Part shown: piece after piece, positions 55,987 to 64,000 of the stretch
Position numbering within the stretch: position 1 is the stretch's first letter
Layout: the number at the start of each line of letters is the position of its first letter
NCBI RefSeq assembly: GCF_000760515.2
Contig: NW_013546289.1
Coordinates: 1 to 64,000 of the forward strand
DNA from: Mitosporidium daphniae
Taxonomy: Eukaryota
Length of the DNA stretch: 64,000 bases
Reading direction: 5' to 3'
Position numbers and translations under genes: made by a program
The notes under the pieces: generated by a model
Seen by the model: only the letters and a program-made list of their open reading frames with translations
Told to the model about the DNA's origin: nothing
The model's database searches: none

Positions 55987-57168
55987 TTATTTTTTGTTGC
56001 GTACAAAGAGGCATGACCTTTCAAAAAAGAAATCAAAATCTGGATATATTGCAGTTAAATTCAAAATGATAAAGCCCAGCGCAATACACACGCCCGCAAG
56101 ATATCTGAACTGGAAAATACTATTTCCATTAATGAGCAGATCAAAAAGAATCGTCATTGGAATGGAAAAGGCGAGCCCAATAGACACTATAAGAGGGGAA
56201 GTATGAAGAAGCGCATAAATCCAGAAATAGTTGGCTGCAAGACCGCCGAAAATATTATTAGCAAATAGTAGAACCAAGCTAAAGAGCGTTGGAACTTCAA
56301 GGACTTCTAATTTTGTGATGTGCAAGATAAAAAAAATCGGCCAAAGCAATATAGTAGACAATAAGCCGACGCAACCGAAAAAAAAAGGCATATTTATCCT
56401 TGACTCGTCGATGGTTTTTTTCTTTAAAATTACCGAGTAGAGCCCATATAAACTTGCAGAACCAACTGCAAAAATATTTCCTAGGGCTATGTTTATTGGC
56501 GGATTAGTTTGGGTTGTTTTCTCATCATAGAAATATGAAAGACCCCCAACGATGCAAAGTCCACCGGCACAAATTAACACGGATAGGCCCTTCATTAGGC
56601 TAAATTTTTCAACACCAGCTATGATGCTAAATATAAGCGTAAAGAAGCAAGAGGTTGAAAGCAAAAGTGCAGCCGATACAACATCTGTATATTCAAATGA
56701 AAGATTGGCCAGATAACAGGAGATAAAATAGATGGAGAAAAATAAAACAGAATGCTCAAGCATTTCTCTTTTTGTCAGCTTTTTAGATGCTGGCGCCGCT
56801 AACGATGAGGGGGATTTAGGGATAGCACTAGATTCCTCCGCTTCCCGAGGCTTTTTCTTGAACAGAGAGTTGAGATATAAAATTGGGAAATAAAGCTGAA
56901 AGGTTGCCGTTGACATGTAGGTAGAAAAGAAGGCCTTTGGATATATACGCAGCAATAAGGACATTACAAATGATGAGGAGACCCATAGAAACACGACTAG
57001 GGCTAATGATACAAGGCCAAGAAAGTACCTATTATTCTTTGGAGCTCCCTTCAAGTCAGCAAGCGACTGTTGAGCTGAAGGGGTAGCGGAATGTATTGTG
57101 TTTTGGGGCTTCTCTTCCAAGTTTTGAATGGCCGTCTTGGAGGAATTAATTTTAGAATCTTGGGGCAT
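55987..57168 (-). CDS. SLC35F5/Thi74-like DMT (EamA) transporter
   Basis: LGLVSLALVVFLWVSSS, YLANLSFEYTDV..LLSTSCFFTL, GNIFAVGSASLYGLYSVILKK, TSPLIVSIGLAFSIP. Confidence 0.9.
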   Translation of the reverse strand: MPQDSKINSSKTAIQNLEEKPQNTIHSATPSAQQSLADLKGAPKNNRYFLGLVSLALVVFLWVSSSFVMSLLLRIYPKAFFSTYMSTATFQLYFPILYLNSLFKKKPREAEESSAIPKSPSSLAAPASKKLTKREMLEHSVLFFSIYFISCYLANLSFEYTDVVSAALLLSTSCFFTLIFSIIAGVEKFSLMKGLSVLICAGGLCIVGGLSYFYDEKTTQTNPPINIALGNIFAVGSASLYGLYSVILKKKTIDESRINMPFFFGCVGLLSTILLWPIFFILHITKLEVLEVPTLFSLVLLFANNIFGGLAANYFWIYALLHTSPLIVSIGLAFSIPMTILFDLLINGNSIFQFRYLAGVCIALGFIILNLTAIYPDFDFFFERSCLFVRNKK

Positions 57169-57264
57169 AACTTGGAAAAATAAATATGCCCCAAAACAGA
57201 ATGTGATTTGCCACAAAATTTGCGAGTCGCTTTTCAAATTTATATGGCAAGTTACAAGTTAAAA

Positions 57265-57322
57265 CCAACCCGACCCGACCCAACGCAACGCAACCCTAAA
57301 CTAAACTAAACTAAACTAAACT
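57265..57322. repeat. Compound pentanucleotide microsatellite (CCAAC/CCGAC/GCAAC, then CTAAA x5) in a divergent promoter
   Basis: Directly visible between the SLC35F and clathrin start codons. Confidence 0.85.
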
Positions 57323-57378
57323 TCAACGTTGCTAAGTTTTTACAATTTGACATCAATCCGAGGCCTCTTTTGTCAAAC

Positions 57379-60300
57379 ATGCAAACCAGCAACAAGTATC
57401 CACTTCCGATTCACTTCCAAGAGCATGTCAATGTATAGCCGATTTTCTCATTTTAGCTGCAATCGCTAGGATTTCTGCCCACGGACATTGGCTTTAGCAC
57501 ACTGACAATGGAGTCAGAAAAGTATCTTTGCATTAGAGATCCTTCCGGAACATCTCTATCGATCATAGAAATCGCAAATCCAAATAATATCTTGAAGCAC
57601 GCCATCACCGCAGACTCTGCCATCATGCACCCCATAGAGCTGATCATAGCGTTGAAATGTATTTTTGGATTTTAATATTCCGGCATAGCTGGCCGACAGC
57701 TCCAGATTTTCAACCTTGAATTCAAGGTCAAAATTAAGGCATACGTTATGGATGAAGACATCATATTCTGGAAATGGGTGAACCCGTCTTACATCGGCAT
57801 TATTACCGCCAAATGTGTATACCATTGGCATATTGAAGGGACTGGCGGGCCAAAGAAGATCTTTGATAGACATTCTTCGCTGGAAAACTGTCAAATTATC
57901 AACTATAAGTGTAATTCCGATCTTTCTTGGTGTTTTCTGGTCGGCATTTACGCCAAAGATCAAGGCGTTGGCGGAACCATTCAACTATTTTCGCAATCAA
58001 AGTCGGCCAGCCAAATTATCGATGGGCATGCGGCAGCCTTTGCCGATTTGCTGATGAAATCGGAGTATTCAACGTACACGGTAAAGCTGTTTTGCTTTGC
58101 ATCGAGGGCTTCGACGTCCCTTTCCAAGGTAATGACTGCAGCTCCAATATCTCTAGCTACACATTGTGCAAATAGACCATACAGACGCATATCCTGCATT
58201 CCAAAAGGTTTCGTCCGACATTTTCTTCCCAACCGATGCTCCTGGTGATTTTCCAGTTGCGCTACAAATTGGGCATCGGTTTGACATCATCTACATGATC
58301 ACCAAGCTGGGCTTTATTCATCTGTATGATCTGCAATCTGGCGCTTGCATTTTTATGAATCGAGTGTCAACGGATACCATTTTTGTGACCACCGAGTATA
58401 CCCCGGACTCGGGCATTATAGGAGTTAATAGATCGGGACAGGTAATTGGCCGATCAGTTGATCTGTTAACATTAGGTCTTGTCGGTGTCAATATCGGAGG
58501 AAAACATCATCCAACATCTTGTCGAGGTGGTGCAAAATCCCAAGCTTGCCATTAAGCTTGCTTTGAAGGGCAATTTCCCCGGTGCTGAACAGCTCATTTT
58601 TACCGAATTCCATGCGCTCGTTGAAAAGGGCAAAATGTTGGAGGCAGTCACGCTTGCAGCCCGCTCGCCCAATGTATTTTGACCGTGTTTAATGGGTAGC
58701 AAATGCTTAGAACCCCGCAAACAGTAGAGCTATTGAAGGGCTATTTTGCGCCTGCTGGGCAGTTGGCGCCGTTGCTGCAGTATTTTGCGATTATTTTGGA
58801 AAATGATCGCCTAACGGAGTATGAAACCATTGAGCTCTCAACTTTGCTGATTTCGCAAAGCAAAAACGAATTGCTCAAAAAATGGTTTGAAGAGGACAAG
58901 CTTACTTGCTCCCAGGAGTTTGGGGACATCCTGCAGCCGATATATCCTCGATTTGCGGCAGAAGTGTACAAAAAAAGCAGATGCCATTCCAAGGTGCTCG
59001 AATCGTACATGATCATTGGCCTATATGCGGATGCCATTGAGTATGCAAAGCTCCACAAGCTCAAGCCAGACTATGAATATTTGCTAAACATTGCCATCAA
59101 AAGCAATGCGCCTGAAAGCACGTCGCTTTCCAAAATGCTGCTGTCAAGCAACCCGCCTCTGCTGACGATCGGAACTGTTTTTGCTTGCTATTGTGAAGGT
59201 GGATATATTGACGAGCTCTATGTGGCGATGAGGGAAATTCTGCAAACCAACACACCGGAATGCGGGGCCCATCAAACTAGGCTTCTTGAAATCCTTTTTG
59301 ACTACAACGTAAATATTGCTGCAGATGTGCTTTCAAAGCACATTTTTACCGCTTACGACAAGGATCGAGTGGCTCAGCTGTGTGAAAACAATCACATGAT
59401 CATGCTTGCTTTGGAAAATTATACCTCCATAGAGGACATCAAACGGCTGATAGTGCGAACAGACGTTTTGGATTTCAAGTTCATCAGCTTTTTCTTTTCA
59501 AAGCTTTCCGTATCGAAGGCTTTGGAGTGTCTTGCTGCTTTGTTGAAAAGCGACATTTCAAAAAATCTGCGCATCTGCATCGAGGTAGCTAGCAATCGCA
59601 TCGCTGATATCAAGCCGTCCTCTTTTGTTCTGATTCTTGAATCGTTTGATTGCGACGAAGGTTTGTTTGTTTGTTTGGTTGACTGCATCTATTTTAGGCA
59701 TATTTCTGTATTTGCAGCGCGTGATCAACGGCATCAGCGATCCTGAAATCCATGCTCTATATTTTAAACTGCTGATAAGATATGCTTCTGTGGATGATAT
59801 TGCATCGTTTGCCAATGTGGTAAATGTGGCAAACCCGATTGTTTATTGCCAACAAATGGCGGAAAAATTTACGCAATATCAAGAGCAGCAACCACTGCTG
59901 ATCATATGCAGCAAATATGGATTGGAAGAGTTCTTTTTTGACTTCATCCTAAAGATGGGGTATCACGACCTTTCTGTTGAATATGTAAAATACAATCCGC
60001 ATACGCTGCCTTCCGTGATTGCCTTCATTTTGGACCGGTATGAGGGCGATCAAGATACCCTCGTCGGTGTTCTGTTGAGCGACTTTACCTCTTTTTTGAG
60101 CAACGATGAAGTCTTTGAGCTTGTGGAGCTTTTGCAAAAGCACGACAAACTATATCTGCTGATCCCCTGGATTCAGTCAACATTGATGGACAATTCGCAC
60201 AAATACGACAAAACACTGCTGGCAAATGCCGTTGCCAAGTCGCTTCCGATGTCGTCCGATGAGCTGGTTGCTTTTCTGAAGCAAAACCCGTATTATGACA

Positions 60301-62622
60301 GGAGATTGGTTGGCAAGTTTTTCCAGGCAAAAAACAACCCCCGCTTGGCCTCCATCTGCTACTCTACGGCAGAGCTAGCCGATGAGCTGATGGAGCTGTC
60401 GCTGGAAACTCTTCAGTACGGCGAATTGATCCCTTTTCTGCTGAAAATGAAAGATGCCACAAAGTGGGGCCATTTTTTATCAAATGCATCCTTCAATAAG
60501 GAGGAGTTCTTGGCCAAGGTTTGCACTTTTGCTTTTACCTTCAGATCAAGCTGTGTGCAAAGACTTCCAAAGATGCCGATTCATTTGCCATTCTCATCAA
60601 GGTGTTGATCATCTCCAAAAAGACCTCCATCCTTCTTCCTGTGTTGGAAGTACTGGTGCTGGAAAACGAGCATTTTTCGAAGAACAAAAATTTGCAAACC
60701 CTTTTCATGGTCACTTTGGCAAAGGTTTTGCATTTTCCTCTTTCTCCCTCCATCGTAGGTCAATGATGCTCGCTTTGACGATTTTATTAAGAAATTGAAG
60801 GCGTACGACTCCAAAGAGGTTGCCGATGCTGCAATCAAGGAGGGCCTGTATGAGCAGGCATACCTTATCCACAAGGCCGCAGGAAACTTGAAAGAGGCTG
60901 CAGAAATTCTAATCAAAAACATGAATGACCTCGACAAGGCCACCGAGTTTGCAGATAAGTACCGTGTTCCTTTTATTTACCAACTTTTGGCCAATGAACA
61001 ATTTTCTAACCACCTTATAAAAGAAAGTATTAGCAGCTTTATAAAGGCCGACGACTTTTCCAAATATGCCCAAGTCGTTCCCAAGGCCAAAGAGGCTGGA
61101 TGCCTTGAAAGCCTGGTTTCTTACATCGAGCTGGCCAGGGTCAAATACAAGGAGCAATTTCTGGATACCGAGCTTTTGTATTGCCTTGCGTTTTTGGAAA
61201 AGTTTTCAAAGCTTCAGGCTTTTCTGTCTGCTCCCCACAAAGCACGCGTAAGTTTCGGTGGTGATGGGCCCTAACCCTTAGACGGAACACATTGGAGCGC
61301 TTTGTTTGCAAAGCAATTTGTTCAAATCGGCCGCGTACATTTTCACGTCAACGTCTGACGTGGAAAATCTGTCGCTGGCATTGTTTCTGGATCAAGATTA
61401 TGCCGGCTGTTTGAAGGCGCTTTCAACGTCCACAACAAACAAAAGCCACGCAAAAATCTTTTCAATGGCCCTCGACAAAGGGTTGTTTGATTTCTCGTGT
61501 GATCTTGTTTGCATAGTGGTGTTGAAATCGCCGCACTCGCTCCAATCGGTTGAAGCCCTGTGCCAGGAGTATGAGAAAAGAGGCCTTGTCACGGAACTGG
61601 TGTCGATGCTTGAAAAACTGCTCGCTTCGGCTGCTCAACACTCGGCAAAGAAAACGCTAACCTCGATGTTGTGTCTTGTCAAGCTCAAATATTACCCAGA
61701 CACGTTCTTGGATTGTTTGCAAAGCTCCAGTTCGGCATGCGTTGACTTTTCTTGGCTCACCGAGAAGATTGTGGCTGTTTTCCCGGATGCCGTTTGTGTT
61801 TATCAGAAAATCGGCCTGTTTTTCTGGTCCAACACCCCTTCCAAGGCGTTGGAGTATGTGTTCAAGTATCCCGCTGTGCTGTCCATACATGATGACCTGC
61901 TTAAAACAACATATCCAAGGTGTGTGCGCCAGCTCGCTTCTGACGACGACATGATGGAAAGAACGTTTTTGTTGCATCTTTCGCTTTTTCCGCGAGACGT
62001 GTTTCGCTTTTTCAAGGAAATCCCGCTCTCCCAAAACAGCATTCAGAAGATCTTTGCAAAGATAAATTCGTCCAACCAGCTATCGATGGCACCGTGCTTT
62101 GAGCTCGTTCAGCACTATCATGAGCGCTATGATGTTGAATCGATTAACAGCATATTCCACGACATGTGTCTCAAAAGGTGCGACTACAAGTCCATTGAAA
62201 GCTCCATCAACTCAAAGTCAAACTTCAACAAACAAGCCTTGCTCGACACACTCGCCAGCATTTCTACCACGGAGTGCACGTTTTTGTCCGGGTGTCTTTA
62301 CCTTAAAATGGGGCTGCATGCCAAGGCTTTTGAAACCTTTGATCACATCCACTGCACTTCTGCCATCCTTTTATCGCTCAAGGCTTCCAGGTGCACCGAG
62401 CTTGTGCTTCAAGCGCTCGAGGTTTTCCATAAAAGAAATCACATCTCGACTTTTACTTTAACTCTGTTCCATTGCTTTGATTTCACTCCCTTCCATTCGC
62501 TGCTATCTCTGATCTGGCTGAACGCATCGTACTCTCAAGCCTTTCTTGATGCCTCTTTCCCGCTGATCATTGCGAAAACACATGAACTGGAGTGCCATTT
62601 AAATAAACAAAGTACTAACTAG
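57379..62622 (+). CDS. CHC1: Clathrin heavy chain (divergent), many short introns
   Basis: PIHFQEHVN|LQSLG..FSTLTMESEKYLCIRD, ITADSAIMHP, DGHAAAF, GDFPVALQ, ITKLGFIHLYD, LRTPQTV, PLLQYF, YDKDRVAQLCE, NKNLQTL, ISSFIKADD. Confidence 0.93.
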
Positions 62623-62671
62623 CTGATTTGAACATTTATCGTTTGTGTACATAAATAAAATCCCAGTCGCA

Positions 62672-64000
62672 TCAAGTCTGGCTGTCCAATTCGCCATCTT
62701 CGTCGTCATCTTCAGATGCGCAGTGGCCGGGCCAGTCGATAAATAGCGATTCTGGTATAAAAATTTTCGAGCTTGGCAATTTGAACGGATCAAATGGGAA
62801 AAAGTTTTCAAGAGACTCCAGGGCTTTCAGCTGGGCAGAAATTGTGACCGTGTCCTCCGTTAAAAAAAAGTCCATCATCAATGGCGAGGAGCAACAGGGT
62901 GCCGTTGCGCTCGGCATCGGAGAATTGGGCCTTGAATTTGCGGGTGTCAAAATGGCGGCTTTCAATCCGCTTTGGTCGCTCGGAGAGAGCTCCGGATACC
63001 AGGCCTCAACGATTTGCAAAAATTCCGCCGAAATGGTGGACAAGATCGAAGCCAAAGGGCTTAAACAACCATTACACATCAGCTTTGCCAAGTGTGGCTT
63101 CAGATCACGGCATGAGATGTCTTGCATTGCATCTTCCAAAAGGGCCTCTTCGTGGCGAAAGCAAAGGATGTAAAAAATGGCTTGCGATACGGAAAAAAAA
63201 ATCGAATGCTTATATGCGAATTGGGCCTTTGAAGTTGCCCCGATCGGCTCTTTGCATGCATATCCTTGTCTGCAATCTGGGCATCCATGGTTTCGAATGT
63301 ACTTTCCTGCCCAGCATAAAAGGTATAGCAAACATTTTCTAACGGTCTTTTTTGGGATAAACTTGGCCCGGGCAACGTACCCGCTGATGTAGCATGCAGA
63401 GGATAGCCTCAACGCATCGAAGGAGCCCGACTTCAAGCACTCTTTGGAAGGCCTACAGCCGGCTCCAGAGGAAAGCTTCAACGTATCAATCCAAGAAGCT
63501 GTGGAGTCGCAAAAATACTGGCCCCCAGCCCCCTTGAAAGACGAAATAAGGGTGGATGATGAATTGGAAAGCGATGAGCTAGAAAGGCGATTGATCAACA
63601 CGCCCAAGAAATAATCGGGGAACCGCTCATCAAGACTTGTGATGTAGAAGAGAATAAATTGCGTATATCTCGACCTCATTGTGGGCAGCACCACCTTTTC
63701 AAAAATCACAAGCAAAGAAATAAAGAGATTTGCAAACGACACCTCAGTGTCTTCCGATTTGATTCTTTCAATGAAACTGAATACCAAAAGAAGACACGAA
63801 TCAAGCCGAGCAATCAGCGCTTTAATGGTCGCTATCGAATCAAACGAGTTTAAAGCCACCGGGGAACAATCTTCATCTACATCTTCGCTGGGTCGTTTTC
63901 GGTGCATAAGATCGCCATCGTACTGTTCAGCGTCATCGCTTGAATGGGAGGCATTCTGTTCGGCTTCAGAGCCCTCAAGAATGTTGCTTTCCAAGTGCTC
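62672..64000 (-). CDS. RRN3: RNA polymerase I initiation factor RRN3, 3' part
   Basis: VLPTMRSRYTQFILFY, YISGYVARAKFI, HSIFFSVSQAIFYILCFRH, FFPFDPFKL. The gene continues beyond the window. Confidence 0.94.
   Translation of the reverse strand, partial: EHLESNILEGSEAEQNASHSSDDAEQYDGDLMHRKRPSEDVDEDCSPVALNSFDSIATIKALIARLDSCLLLVFSFIERIKSEDTEVSFANLFISLLVIFEKVVLPTMRSRYTQFILFYITSLDERFPDYFLGVLINRLSSSSLSNSSSTLISSFKGAGGQYFCDSTASWIDTLKLSSGAGCRPSKECLKSGSFDALRLSSACYISGYVARAKFIPKKTVRKCLLYLLCWAGKYIRNHGCPDCRQGYACKEPIGATSKAQFAYKHSIFFSVSQAIFYILCFRHEEALLEDAMQDISCRDLKPHLAKLMCNGCLSPLASILSTISAEFLQIVEAWYPELSPSDQSGLKAAILTPANSRPNSPMPSATAPCCSSPLMMDFFLTEDTVTISAQLKALESLENFFPFDPFKLPSSKIFIPESLFIDWPGHCASEDDDEDGELDSQT

Noticed and set aside
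57290..57322. Interstitial telomere or chromosome fusion scar
   Set aside because: Only one AACCCTAA unit grades into a pentamer microsatellite; there is no hexamer array.
2160..62622. Fragmented ORFs as pseudogenes, programmed frameshifts or an alternative genetic code
   Set aside because: Breaks examined are resolved by short GT/GC-AG introns, and genes end in TAA, TAG and TGA normally.

Overview
This is eukaryotic nuclear DNA from a highly compacted, intron-containing genome in the standard genetic code. About 35 protein-coding genes are separated by tens to a few hundred bp, and most are split by very short spliceosomal introns (mostly 22-38 nt), so the ORF track fragments them. Gene content mixes respiratory mitochondrial genes (COX6/COX5A, ODC carrier), fungal-type genes (Sos7, Ies6, Vip1) and ancestral opisthokont genes missing from budding yeast (DP/TFDP, PUF60, NRDE2). 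By inference this points to an early-diverging fungal / Rozellomycota-microsporidia-grade parasite (Mitosporidium-like); the species cannot be fixed from sequence alone. Order: NRDE2-like (partial), UPF2, DUF1640, minimal Beclin/ATG6, NCLX-type exchanger, VIP1, NDC80, VTI1, ODC1, GET3, then a ~6 kb AT-rich island with an orphan membrane protein and a Uma2/Crinkler-type nuclease-like ORF ending at tRNA-Lys(CTT). After it come RRP15, SPT2, XRN2, a secreted Thr-rich protein, DP, NAT10, two PMP3 genes, IES6, COX6, RAD23, GPN3, aminopeptidase P, PUF60, Sos7, PIS1, FIP1, a His-rich Cys4 protein, a septin, an ABCB transporter, SLC35F, clathrin heavy chain and RRN3 (partial). The main leads are the micro-intron system (including GC-AG and stopless in-frame introns), telomere-repeat (AACCCTA) promoter boxes, a possible structured RNA between IES6 and COX6, the nuclease island, and an ABCB with both signature motifs mutated. 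All assignments are by eye from recalled family motifs; no searches were run.
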